Of a stretch of 64,000 bases of DNA, positions 20,032-29,918 are shown one piece after another. The stretch comes from a virus. Made by a program: the position numbers and the translations under genes. The notes beneath the pieces are model-generated. The model ran no database searches, had not been told where the DNA came from, and saw only the letters and a list, made by a program, of their open reading frames with translations. The stretch lies in the IMG/VR virus record IMGVR_UViG_3300032397_000001; one strand, given 5' to 3'. Position 1 is the stretch's first letter; every line of letters begins with the position of its first letter.

Positions 20032-20606
20032 AAAGAGCGTTAATGTTTACTCAAGTCGAAAGAGAACCTCTAATTCAAATATCAACTTTCCAGAATCAGG
20101 GGTTATACTTTCCTTTTGTTCGGGTTGATAATACTTTACACTTTACATGTGAATGTTTAAATTCAATTCCTTGTGATGAAATGCTAAAGATGTCTTTATT
20201 CCCTTTAAATGCTTTAGTTAATCCTGTATTTCGAGATCGATTCCAGAGTGAATTTGAACTTGTTATGCTTGAAACATGGGATAGCAATCATTCTATAGTA
20301 ATTCCGATCTTTGGAGAAATTCCTCAGTATATAGAGCTATTTTATTTATGGGAATTATTCTTGATGCATGTTGAGGATGTATTTTCCATCCCTTCAACAC
20401 TTGATCTGCTTAAGTTCAAGGTGAAGCTTGAGGAGTCAGAAGAGGCTGCGCCATTAATTTTACAATCGTTTCCCTCGAAGAAGAAATTTGTTTGTTGGCT
20501 TCCTTTGGTAGATTATGCTTTACGTGGGTTGAATGGAGTTCTGTCTACTTGTGAGTGTGGTAGGACGTTTGGAATAATTCAAAAGATGTTATTGCATTAC
20601 AGATGA
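20016..20606 (+). CDS. Hypothetical protein
   Basis: 196-aa ORF with two CEC motifs; ATGA overlap into gyrB. Confidence 0.55.
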   Translation: MDSNIERALMFTQVEREPLIQISTFQNQGLYFPFVRVDNTLHFTCECLNSIPCDEMLKMSLFPLNALVNPVFRDRFQSEFELVMLETWDSNHSIVIPIFGEIPQYIELFYLWELFLMHVEDVFSIPSTLDLLKFKVKLEESEEAAPLILQSFPSKKKFVCWLPLVDYALRGLNGVLSTCECGRTFGIIQKMLLHYR

Positions 20607-23600
20607 AATACGACGATAAATCAATACAGGTTTTCAAGGGCGTTGAAGCTGTTCGCAAACGTCCTATGATGTACATTACTAGTCTTGACGCTAGTGGTAT
20701 TCGTCATATGTTTCGCGAGATTTTGACAAATGCAGTAGATGAACATTTAGCAGGATATGGTAATAAATTAATAGTCAAGAAGGTTGGTTCTCAGATAATA
20801 GTACGAGATTTTGGTAGAGGCGTCCCATTCGGAATTCATCCCGAAGAGCAGATTAATACCCTCACATTAGTCGCAACTCAATTACATGCAGGCGGAAAGT
20901 TCGATGAGAACCTCTATAAAATTTCTGCGGGATTACACGGTGTGGGGTTGTCGGTTGTGAATGCTTTATCTTCTTCCCTTATAATTAAATCGTTCCGTGA
21001 TGGGAAGAGTGCACATCAATTCTTTAAGAAAGGTATTCCTGATTCTGATGTTGTGCTTGGAAGTACTTCAGAGGAAAATGGAACCCTTGTTGTATATACT
21101 CCTGATAATGAAATCTTTAATACGATAGATATATCTGTTGATTGGCTTGTTGAAGACTTATTTTTCATCTCCTGTTTGAACTCGTTGCATATTGTAGCAG
21201 ATCTCGACGGGCAAGATTTAGAGTTAAAAGATAGATCACCTTGTTCGTTAATTGAGTCAAAAGATTTGCTTCATGAAGTTATTGAGATTCCTAATGCTAC
21301 GGCTGATAATAAGGTTTATGTGCTTTTTGCGTTTTCATTATCGTATAATCCTAAAGTGTTTTGTTTCGTCAATAATGTTCCAGTGCAGAGGGGTAATTTT
21401 TTATCGTCATTTTATGATTGCTTTGCGAAGCAGTTGAATGAATCTGGGATGGGTTTTGAATCAGGTGATTTGCAGGAGTCTATTAGTTTGGTATTATCTA
21501 TTCGAGCTCCTGTAAGTGTAATTCATTTCAAAGGGCAATCTAAAGAGGTTGCTGATTTAAAGTATGATAAGATCCGCCCATTATATGAATACCTTTTTGA
21601 TAGAGTGTGGGAAGCTCGAGGGTTCAAGGCACTCCTTACAAAATATTATAAACCCTTTCTGACAGCTGTTCAACAGAGAAGAGCGAAATCGAAAGATTTA
21701 AAGAATGCTTTGAAAGAGCTTGGTGATCAAAAGACTACTACTATTATTCTTCCTGGTAAGCTTGCTGACTGTCAAGATCAAGAGGGATATGGAGAACTGT
21801 ATATAGTAGAAGGAGAGAGCGTTAGTTATGATACTATGATTCCTTTTATTGATAAGAAGGGAGTTGAAAGATTTTTACGTATTTGTGATATTAATCCTGA
21901 AGATATAGAAAGCGTTCGAAGTTTTAATCTTCATTCTGGTAAATATGAGATCAAACGAGTTATTGGTGTTATTCGTCATTTATATAATAAGAAGTATATT
22001 TTTAGAGTTAAGGTAAAAGGGGGTTTTTGGTTTGATATTACAGAAGATAATCAGAGTATTTATGTATATAGAGATTCTTCTTTACATGAGGTTGGGCTTT
22101 CAGATATCAAGATAGGAGATTTGCTTGTTTCTCCAATACAAGAGGAGTTTAATATAATATCTAGTCCAATCAATGTAATTTCAGTTTTAGTTAGAGTTGT
22201 TGGGGAATCTCGAACTCAGAAGATTAGCAACAAGTTTATTCAGTTAGATTATCAAGATTTTGATTTTGGTGTAGAAGGGCTCATTTGTAGTTTAAAAGAC
22301 GTATTTTATTGTTATGGAATGGATAGATCTACAATTTCAAGATGGACTAATATCTCTTATAATGCTTTGGAAGGGTTTGATCGTAAAAGGTATTCAATTA
22401 GTTTATTCCATTTTGGGAAGGTCAAAAAATTTATTCAGGACTTTAATGAGAAGGATTTTTTTATCAAGTTACCTTTGACAGAAGAAAATGTTAAATATTA
22501 TTCAGGCAAAAGTAGTTTTCAATTTGTTATTCAAAGAGGTTCAGGGGGCTTAGGGGATCATTTTCTTAGTCCTTTACCTCTTCAATATAAAATGTCTGTA
22601 GACTTAGCTTTTATTATAGGGCAGTATATTGGAGATGGCTATCATCGTATGCCTTGCACTCCTAAAGCACAAGTCGCTTTTTGTATTGGAGAAGATAAAC
22701 ATCTGATTAGTGATCAGTTAAGATTGTGTTCAGAACGTCTTTTTAAGTCTCACGGTACGATCACGGAATCAAAACCTGCTAATAAATGTTTTCAACTAGG
22801 TGTTCTTGAACTGAGATTGATTTTATATGCATTAGGATTGACTCATGAGATTAAATCATCAGATAAATTTATTCCTCAGTGCTTCTTTTCGGAGAGTAAG
22901 GAAGTTGTCGAAAGTCTTTTAAAAGGATTATACTTAAGTGGTGGTTATTTAACTACTGATACAGATTATTTTAAGTTAGGTTTCGAGACTTCATCTAGAA
23001 GATTGGCTTTTGAATTATGTAGGTTGTTATTTTTATATTTTGGTATTATTCCAGTATTTCAAAGTAAACCCTCAAAAAGATATATTATCCAAGGTATTAG
23101 TGGTATAACTAAAGAGGTTTTTTGTGTTACCATTAATAAATATAACGATCAAATACGGTTGAAGTTTATATGCAAATTATTTGAGAGTTTCAATTCTGAT
23201 AAAAATATATCTGATCGGCCGCAATATTTTTGTCAAGGAGATTTTAGGTATATTCCAGTTGTTAAGATTGAGAGAGTTCCTTACAATAATCCATATGTTT
23301 ACGATTTAAGTATTAAGGATAATGAGAATTTTCATGTTGGAGCAATCCCTTTATTAGTTCATAATAGTGCTTCAGGTACTGCAAAGCAGGCTCGTGACCG
23401 TCGATTCCAGGCAATATTACCAATCCGAGGAAAAACTCTAAACACTTTAAAAGCAACACTTTCTAAAACAGTTGAGAGTGATGTGATTAAAGATATCTTC
23501 GCTGCGGTTGGCGTTGATATCTCGGGAAAGCAGATTACGATTAGACCTCGCTATTCGAAGATCATCATTGCCAGTGATGCCGACAGTGTTAGTGCTGAAA

Positions 23601-25516
23601 CAAAAATTCCTTTTATTAATAAAGATGGTTTTATTCGATTTGATCGTATTGATTCTGTGGTATTGGATAAGATTCATTCAGTTCTATCATTGAACGTAAA
23701 TTCTAGAGAGAGTGAAAATAAAAAGGTTCTCAGGATCATTAGTCACAAATATAATAAAAAGAAGATGTATAGAATCACGACGAAGGGCTATTCTGAAGAT
23801 GTAACTAAAGACCATATGGTTTATACCTTTAATTGTTTAACTGATGAGATTTGTCGGAAAGGCCCTCTTGAAATTAATACCAAACGTGATTTCTTAATTA
23901 TTAGTAACTCACTACCTGTTGTCAATAGAGAAATCACTTTAGATTTAAGAGAATCCCTTATTGAGGTACAGAAGAGCGAGAATAGCCTCTTCATAAGAGT
24001 CCTTGCTAAAGATTTCGATTGGAAAGTTGATGGCACTGTTAAATTAACAAAAGGAAACATTCAATTTACTAGAGAGCTTTCTAGATATAAGGTTGAGCGT
24101 CTTTTAGGATTTTCGAAGAATATGCTGCAAACATATGATGAGGGCAAAGGAAGAATTCCTTTAGATGTTTTTCAGAGAATTCGAGAGATTGTTCCTGTCG
24201 ATCTCAGTACTGTTTATGTATATGTAAAGTATTCAAAAGAGAATTTTCATTATTTAGATATTCTAGGTAGTTGTATTATTGATTGCAAAAGGAATATTAT
24301 TGATTGGAATGTTACATTAGATAGTGAAATAGCTTATCTAGTTGGTCTATATATTGGTGATGGATCATGGGGTACTGGTCCTGCGTATGCAATTGAGTTC
24401 GCGACTGGATTAAACTTGTATGAAGACTTTATTAGGAATTGTTCTAAAAAGTTGGGATATCATTTTAAAGAATATTTTAGAATCGAGAATTGTGCAAAGG
24501 CAGTTATCTGTTCTATTCAGTTTCAGGCTATTCTCTACGAGCTAGGATTACGGAAAAGTGTTAATCATTCGGTTAAATTTATTCCAGAGATTTTCTTTTC
24601 GGCAACAGAGTCTACTCGAAAAGCTTTATTGTTGGGGCTATATCATAGTGATGGCAGTTTTTATTATGCCTTAGGTTATTCTCCTTGCCTTGATTTTCGT
24701 ACTACATCAGAGAGTTTAAGAGATGGATTAACATTCTTATTACGTCAGTTTGGGGTATTTCCATCATTGCGTACTCGTCCTCCAAACAAGAAATTGAAAG
24801 AGCAGTGGGGCCGTTCTACTATTATTGACAGGAAACCTATTTTTGTTGTTACATGTAATCAGCAGCGTGACATTGTTAGTTTAGACTTTATTTGTAGGAT
24901 GTTTAACTTAGAGAATCTATCTAAATATAAAACACCTGTTGTTGATTTTATGGCACGTACTAGAGATTTTATTCCACTAACTGAAACGGTGTCTGCGGTT
25001 AGAATTCGGAGGATCGAAGAAGTAAGTTATGCTTATGATAGAGTTTACGACTTGGAAGTTGAAGAGCATCATAATTTCGGAATTGGCATGACAGGAATGA
25101 TACTCCGAAATAGTGACGGAAAACATATAACTTGCTTACTTTTAACATTCTTTTTGCAATGGATGAGACCTTTGATTGAGCAAGGGTATATTTATATTGC
25201 TAGATCTCCTCTCTATCGAATTGTAGAAAAGACAAAGATTCAGTTTGCATATTCTGATATTGAGTTATCTAAAATACAGAAATCTCCAGGCGCGATTATT
25301 ACTCGCTTTAAAGGGTTAGGTGAATTGAATCCAAATGAATTGGCTAAGGCAATATTTGATCCTTTAACTAGGCATTTGAGTTGTGTTTCGTTAAATGATC
25401 TTACGCAGGCAGCTACAGTTACTTATTGTTTAATGGGGCCTGATCGTGAGATGCGTTGGGATTTCATAAATGAATTTATGTCACAGATTGATTATGAATG
25501 GAAAGGGGAAGTATAA
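20603..25516 (+). CDS. gyrB: Type IIA topoisomerase B subunit (GyrB/ParE) precursor with two inteins; extein about 612 aa
   Basis: VRKRPMMY, EILTNAVDE, DFGRG, HAGGKF, GLHGVG, KLADC, VEGE|SA, PIRGK, DAD|SDGKHI, RFKGLGE. Confidence 0.93.
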   Translation: MKYDDKSIQVFKGVEAVRKRPMMYITSLDASGIRHMFREILTNAVDEHLAGYGNKLIVKKVGSQIIVRDFGRGVPFGIHPEEQINTLTLVATQLHAGGKFDENLYKISAGLHGVGLSVVNALSSSLIIKSFRDGKSAHQFFKKGIPDSDVVLGSTSEENGTLVVYTPDNEIFNTIDISVDWLVEDLFFISCLNSLHIVADLDGQDLELKDRSPCSLIESKDLLHEVIEIPNATADNKVYVLFAFSLSYNPKVFCFVNNVPVQRGNFLSSFYDCFAKQLNESGMGFESGDLQESISLVLSIRAPVSVIHFKGQSKEVADLKYDKIRPLYEYLFDRVWEARGFKALLTKYYKPFLTAVQQRRAKSKDLKNALKELGDQKTTTIILPGKLADCQDQEGYGELYIVEGESVSYDTMIPFIDKKGVERFLRICDINPEDIESVRSFNLHSGKYEIKRVIGVIRHLYNKKYIFRVKVKGGFWFDITEDNQSIYVYRDSSLHEVGLSDIKIGDLLVSPIQEEFNIISSPINVISVLVRVVGESRTQKISNKFIQLDYQDFDFGVEGLICSLKDVFYCYGMDRSTISRWTNISYNALEGFDRKRYSISLFHFGKVKKFIQDFNEKDFFIKLPLTEENVKYYSGKSSFQFVIQRGSGGLGDHFLSPLPLQYKMSVDLAFIIGQYIGDGYHRMPCTPKAQVAFCIGEDKHLISDQLRLCSERLFKSHGTITESKPANKCFQLGVLELRLILYALGLTHEIKSSDKFIPQCFFSESKEVVESLLKGLYLSGGYLTTDTDYFKLGFETSSRRLAFELCRLLFLYFGIIPVFQSKPSKRYIIQGISGITKEVFCVTINKYNDQIRLKFICKLFESFNSDKNISDRPQYFCQGDFRYIPVVKIERVPYNNPYVYDLSIKDNENFHVGAIPLLVHNSASGTAKQARDRRFQAILPIRGKTLNTLKATLSKTVESDVIKDIFAAVGVDISGKQITIRPRYSKIIIASDADSVSAETKIPFINKDGFIRFDRIDSVVLDKIHSVLSLNVNSRESENKKVLRIISHKYNKKKMYRITTKGYSEDVTKDHMVYTFNCLTDEICRKGPLEINTKRDFLIISNSLPVVNREITLDLRESLIEVQKSENSLFIRVLAKDFDWKVDGTVKLTKGNIQFTRELSRYKVERLLGFSKNMLQTYDEGKGRIPLDVFQRIREIVPVDLSTVYVYVKYSKENFHYLDILGSCIIDCKRNIIDWNVTLDSEIAYLVGLYIGDGSWGTGPAYAIEFATGLNLYEDFIRNCSKKLGYHFKEYFRIENCAKAVICSIQFQAILYELGLRKSVNHSVKFIPEIFFSATESTRKALLLGLYHSDGSFYYALGYSPCLDFRTTSESLRDGLTFLLRQFGVFPSLRTRPPNKKLKEQWGRSTIIDRKPIFVVTCNQQRDIVSLDFICRMFNLENLSKYKTPVVDFMARTRDFIPLTETVSAVRIRRIEEVSYAYDRVYDLEVEEHHNFGIGMTGMILRNSDGKHITCLLLTFFLQWMRPLIEQGYIYIARSPLYRIVEKTKIQFAYSDIELSKIQKSPGAIITRFKGLGELNPNELAKAIFDPLTRHLSCVSLNDLTQAATVTYCLMGPDREMRWDFINEFMSQIDYEWKGEV
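21818..23365 (+). mobile_element. Intein 1 in GyrB (516 aa, Ser1, LAGLIDADG-type)
   Basis: Begins SVSYDT after VEGE and ends VYDLSI...VHN before SASGT; GQYIGDG block. Confidence 0.9.
23585..25111 (+). mobile_element. Intein 2 in GyrB (509 aa, Ser1, LAGLIDADG-type)
   Basis: Begins SVSAET after DAD, has TKDH block B, GLYIGDG and GLYHSDG, and ends VYDLEV...LRN before SDGKHI. Confidence 0.9.
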
Positions 25517-25870
25517 ATGTCAGTATCAGCTTATGAGACAAAGTTGAATAAGACGCTCGATGATCTTCAAAGTTTAAAAGAGGTGCTTCAAGAATTACAG
25601 CGACTAAAAGATAAAAATTTGTCATTGGCCTACTTCGTAGAAGTCTTGCAACGTGATAATAAACTACTTCTATCACGTGTAAAGAAGATAGATGAGGATA
25701 TTGTGAAAGGTGCAACTGAACAGGAAGCGTTACTTTTGGATAAGATTCGGCAATTACAAAGCGACTTTTCTGATATGTATGATGCTCATCGAACTACATT
25801 TAGGCGTTGTGTAAAGTGTAACCATTTACGAGAGCAAGGATTAATTTGTCCAAGTTGCGGAAATAATTAA
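25517..25870 (+). CDS. Coiled-coil protein with C-terminal zinc ribbon
   Basis: Heptad-rich N-terminus; CVKC...CPSC. Confidence 0.6.
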   Translation: MSVSAYETKLNKTLDDLQSLKEVLQELQRLKDKNLSLAYFVEVLQRDNKLLLSRVKKIDEDIVKGATEQEALLLDKIRQLQSDFSDMYDAHRTTFRRCVKCNHLREQGLICPSCGNN

Positions 25871-25977
25871 GGTGGAAGAGCAATTTATCACCTACAGATT
25901 CTGCAGAGATGTAATATTGGTTGAAATTCCAGAAAAGAATTGGACTTGATCGTCGTTAGAATTAAGGAAGGAATATT

Positions 25978-26301
25978 ATGACTGAAAAAGAAGTGTGGTG
26001 GAATACGGTTGAGAAATACTGGGAGCATCTTTTCGCAATCATAATAAAATTTCTTCCTAATGTGACATTCATTGGTTGTGAGGGTAACATAATTTCTCAT
26101 GATACGTTGATGGAAATCACTTTACTAAAAGAATGTAAAGATCCTCGACTGTGTCGTTATCTTTTTATGGTATGGGATGCAGCACTTGATGATCCATCAA
26201 TTCATAGTATTTCTGGTTGGAGAATTTTATGTGACCTTCTTTCTGAAGAGTACATCTTCAATGAAGGGGAGGACAATGGGAATCTTGGTAAAGATGATTA
26301 G
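25978..26301 (+). CDS. Hypothetical protein
   Basis: 107-aa ORF with AAGGA RBS. Confidence 0.6.
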   Translation: MTEKEVWWNTVEKYWEHLFAIIIKFLPNVTFIGCEGNIISHDTLMEITLLKECKDPRLCRYLFMVWDAALDDPSIHSISGWRILCDLLSEEYIFNEGEDNGNLGKDD

Positions 26302-26464
26302 AGAGCTTATTGCTCGTGGAGAACCCCCTACACGCATTAAGTTTTTGCTAGGAATACCAAAGGAGTTCTTCGATACTTTTTATTCGACTGCAATTTATCA
26401 ACATCAAAAGAAGGTTTTGTCAAAACGAGGGTATTATGTTAAGGTCAGTGAAACTATGTGCTGA
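26276..26464 (+). CDS. Small hypothetical protein, possibly HTH-like
   Basis: GGAGG RBS before ATG 26276; IRELIARGEPPTRIKFLLGIP. Confidence 0.5.
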   Translation: MGILVKMIRELIARGEPPTRIKFLLGIPKEFFDTFYSTAIYQHQKKVLSKRGYYVKVSETMC

Positions 26465-26526
26465 GTAGTGTAGTGGTGAGCACCAGTCCTGCACCCCTAA
26501 GCTGGCCTTTTTGGGAAAGGGATATT

Positions 26527-27510
26527 ATGTCAATTTTAATCACGTCTGATTTGCATTTCGATGAAAAGATTGTTAATGATGGGTATCATGAAAAGCTTTC
26601 AGGGTTTCTGAGAGAACAGCAGACCGCTCACAGGGCAAATATGCTTTTCATTTTAGGTGATTTCTTTAGTGAGCATTTAGACCCTCATCGGCGTATTGCT
26701 TTCAAAGTACTTGATGCGATCGCAGATTTTTTCCATTCATTGGACTTCGAAAAGATTGTCATTTTGAAAGGTAATCATGACGAGTCGTTTATCGGTCATC
26801 ATAATCTGAAGATTCTCTCGTTGGATTTCCGTGTACAAATAATCGATACACCTACAATAGTTAAGATTAACAACATAAAATTCCTCTTCATTCCTTTCTG
26901 CAAGGATAAAGATCTTTTTTATTCGATTATTGATCAGGCTGAAGGTGGTGAGAATGTGATCGCTTTGATTCATCAACCGATAGTTGGATTTCGAGTAAGT
27001 GCAAAACATGCTTGCACGAATGGGATTGATTCTAACAAACTGCATAAGTTTGCTTTAGTTGTTGCAGGTGATTTTCACGATTATCAGAGTCAAGGTAATG
27101 TGGTATTTATTGGATCACCATATCAGGTACGGCGTGACGAAGATCTCAAAAAGTTCATGATGTCAATATCTGATGATCGTGTGTCGCTTATAGAGTTACC
27201 TGTAGCTTTGTCTCAAAGGTTCATTTTTGTGGAGAATGCTACACAGATTGATCAGTTGGGGGACTTGCGAGGGAAAATTGTAGTTGTATCTGAAGATGTT
27301 GATATTGATAAAATTAACCAGCTTAGAGATAAAGGAGTTAAGATTGTTTCTTCAAAGGCATTAATGAAGGAAAGTGCTCCTGTTGTTGAAGTGGATTTGT
27401 CATCCTTTTCGGTTAATCTTTTGAAATCAGCTGTTGAAAGAATGACTGATCCTTATATGAAGGCTGTAGGCCAAGATTTATTAGAAAGGATTGGTTATGG
27501 CTCATCGTAA
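26527..27510 (+). CDS. sbcD: SbcD/Mre11-like metallophosphoesterase nuclease
   Basis: SDLH, LGD, GNHD, HQ, GDFH and GSPYQ motifs. Confidence 0.88.
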   Translation: MSILITSDLHFDEKIVNDGYHEKLSGFLREQQTAHRANMLFILGDFFSEHLDPHRRIAFKVLDAIADFFHSLDFEKIVILKGNHDESFIGHHNLKILSLDFRVQIIDTPTIVKINNIKFLFIPFCKDKDLFYSIIDQAEGGENVIALIHQPIVGFRVSAKHACTNGIDSNKLHKFALVVAGDFHDYQSQGNVVFIGSPYQVRRDEDLKKFMMSISDDRVSLIELPVALSQRFIFVENATQIDQLGDLRGKIVVVSEDVDIDKINQLRDKGVKIVSSKALMKESAPVVEVDLSSFSVNLLKSAVERMTDPYMKAVGQDLLERIGYGSS

Positions 27511-27718
27511 ATATCCGAGGTTGGGTAGCCAATATAAAACTCAGGTTACAGGGGAAGAAGGCTTCTTAAAGTGTGATCAGTGCCAGACGTATTTGGTGAA
27601 GGGTGAAACAGTTGTGAAGCAGGATATTCAGCTTGACTGGTTTCGTGAGGATGATGACGTGAAGAATTTATGTAAAAAGTGTGTACAGATTCTAGATTTG
27701 TCGAAGTTGTCGAAGTGA
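27497..27718 (+). CDS. Small zinc-finger protein
   Basis: CDQC...WFR.DD...CKKC. Confidence 0.6.
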   Translation: MAHRKYPRLGSQYKTQVTGEEGFLKCDQCQTYLVKGETVVKQDIQLDWFREDDDVKNLCKKCVQILDLSKLSK

Positions 27719-28057
27719 TTGAAGGAGTCTGTTATTCGGTGTATGAATTGTGGCTATTGTTGTATCTATTATGATGTTATAATTTTAAAGCCTGGAATTA
27801 ACCTTTCCAAGTTACGGGCTGTAAAAACTGAAGATGTTATTCAACACAAAAGAGGGGGTGAATGTTGCCCTCATTTAGAATGGCTTGCTGATGGCAAAGC
27901 GAATTGTAAGATTCATCACTTCAAGATTTATAAGAAGACACCTTGTTTTTCTCATAGTCAGATAGAGCGGAATTTTGAATGTAATTGTCGAATGGGTGAA
28001 TATATTTGGAAGCAAGGACGTGCTAAGGAAATCAGGAAGGAATTTGAGGGAAGGTAA
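27719..28057 (+). CDS. YkgJ-like (CxxCxxCC) cysteine-cluster protein
   Basis: CMNCGYCC...CPHL...CKIH...PC. Confidence 0.7.
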   Translation: MKESVIRCMNCGYCCIYYDVIILKPGINLSKLRAVKTEDVIQHKRGGECCPHLEWLADGKANCKIHHFKIYKKTPCFSHSQIERNFECNCRMGEYIWKQGRAKEIRKEFEGR

Positions 28058-28058
28058 A

Positions 28059-29909
28059 ATGGAAGTAGTTTTTGAAAGTATGAAGCTCAAGAATTTTCGA
28101 TCTTTCGTTGAGGCTGATGTTACGTTTGTTCCTGGAGTTCATTTAGTGCTGGGTAGAAATGAGAAGGAAAGCAGTGCGGATTCCAATGGTGCAGGTAAGT
28201 CAACCATTTTTTCATATGCTCCGCCATACATAATATTTGGCCGTTTCAAATCACCCAACGGCAAAATAGTTCGAACTGGTATGGAACGACGCAACGCAGA
28301 TGATAATTGTTTTGGTGAGATGAATTTACGTGTTTCGAATCAACCTATAGTTATTACTCGGGGTCGATCGAAAGGGAAACCTTTCTTGAAGTTGTCAGGT
28401 ACTAAAACTCCTGTAAAGGCTGATCAAGAGTTGTCTTTTCTTGTTGGGTGTGACTTTGATGCCTTTTCTTCCTTGCAGGTTTTAACAAGATCGTCGTTTG
28501 AGTCGGGATTGTTTTATGGGACAGACACCCAGCGTAAAGATTTCTTTTTATCAGTAGCTGGGATAGATAAACTAATTGAGCAATCTCTAGAAGTACTAAA
28601 AAGTGATAAAGTAGACTATTCACTGAAGGCGTTAGAGATGAGAACGATGTATAACGCTGAGGAGTCTGCGAATACATTAGCTTTTCGTATGAGTGAGATT
28701 AATCAAGAAGTCTTGCGGCTTGAGTCAAATATTTCGAGTGCGGATTTATTGATCGCGAATTATCAAAGTGAATTAATGAAGCGGACAGATGAGCTGGTAG
28801 CTACACAGGGTGTATTGAAGGAGAAGGAGCGAAAGGTTTTAGAACTATCTGAAGTTTCTGGTGAGTTTAAGCGTCTTCATAAAATGTATGAGGAAAAGGG
28901 AGAACTACAAGGAAAGGTTAATAGTCTTAAGGACGCAATCTCTGAGAGATCGAAATACTGTGCTCGTTTGCAATCCTTGTCAGGGGCTGAATGTCTTAAT
29001 TGTGGTCAATTGGTTAGAGAGGATTACGTCCGTAAAATCTTAACGAATATGCAGGAGATTATTCAGTCTTCGAAAACTGCTTTAAAGGAAGCAGAGTCAA
29101 CCTTTGACAAGACATCTTCTTCGATATCCGAGATGGAAGAACTCAAGCGTCAGGTGGATAATCTTGATCGTACATTGCAAGCTGGACTTAGGACATTGCG
29201 CGACGAAATCAATAGGTTGCAATCTGATATTCGGGTTATGACGAGTCAGTATGAGCAAGCACTTCAAAATTTACAGCAATATAAGGATGCTCGTGAAGCG
29301 CATACTTGTGCTCTAGAAGAGTTGAGGAGACGAGAACATTTTATATTGCGTAGATTGGGCGCTATTAGAGATGATGCTCTTTGTTTTGGAAATCTAGAAA
29401 GTGCATGTCTTAAATGGGTTGATTTCTTCAAAAATCAATTACCAGCGCAAGCATTAACTGATATCACAAAGTTTTTGGGAAACTTCTCTGAACAGTGTCT
29501 TCGCACTTTGTGGGACATGAAGGTATCTATGCAGGTATACTTTGATCCTGCTACACAGAAACCTATTATCGATGTGAAGGATTCGGATGGTGATTTGGTT
29601 AATATCGATTCTTTAAGTGGAGGAGAGCAAGCTCGGGTTTATTTGTCTCTTACACTGGGTTCTATTCTTGCGACAAGAAGTTTTCGTGGTTGGAGTTCGA
29701 ATTTGTTTGTGCTTGATGAAGTGTTTGATGGGTGTCTCGACAGAACTGGCCGAGAAATCATTCTTTCGCTTTTGCATGAGATGGCTTTGAAATTCAATTT
29801 ATGTGTTTATGTTATTTCGCATCATTTAGATTACGCAAGAGAGAGTGTACCAGGTAGCATCTATACGTCGGTAAAAACTGTTGAAGGTAGTTATTTAGAG
29901 GTTTCATGA
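28059..29909 (+). CDS. sbcC: SbcC/Rad50-like SMC ATPase
   Basis: KNFRSF, Walker A SNGAGKST, CLNC zinc hook, coiled coils, LSGGE signature, LDEVFD, ISH. Confidence 0.9.
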   Translation: MEVVFESMKLKNFRSFVEADVTFVPGVHLVLGRNEKESSADSNGAGKSTIFSYAPPYIIFGRFKSPNGKIVRTGMERRNADDNCFGEMNLRVSNQPIVITRGRSKGKPFLKLSGTKTPVKADQELSFLVGCDFDAFSSLQVLTRSSFESGLFYGTDTQRKDFFLSVAGIDKLIEQSLEVLKSDKVDYSLKALEMRTMYNAEESANTLAFRMSEINQEVLRLESNISSADLLIANYQSELMKRTDELVATQGVLKEKERKVLELSEVSGEFKRLHKMYEEKGELQGKVNSLKDAISERSKYCARLQSLSGAECLNCGQLVREDYVRKILTNMQEIIQSSKTALKEAESTFDKTSSSISEMEELKRQVDNLDRTLQAGLRTLRDEINRLQSDIRVMTSQYEQALQNLQQYKDAREAHTCALEELRRREHFILRRLGAIRDDALCFGNLESACLKWVDFFKNQLPAQALTDITKFLGNFSEQCLRTLWDMKVSMQVYFDPATQKPIIDVKDSDGDLVNIDSLSGGEQARVYLSLTLGSILATRSFRGWSSNLFVLDEVFDGCLDRTGREIILSLLHEMALKFNLCVYVISHHLDYARESVPGSIYTSVKTVEGSYLEVS

Positions 29910-29918
29910 AAGTGCCCC

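Noticed and set aside
26459-26510. tRNA-like 5' half (TAGTGTAGTGGTGAGCAC resembles a D-arm)
   Set aside because: No anticodon stem, no TTCRA T-loop and no acceptor pairing; at most a remnant.
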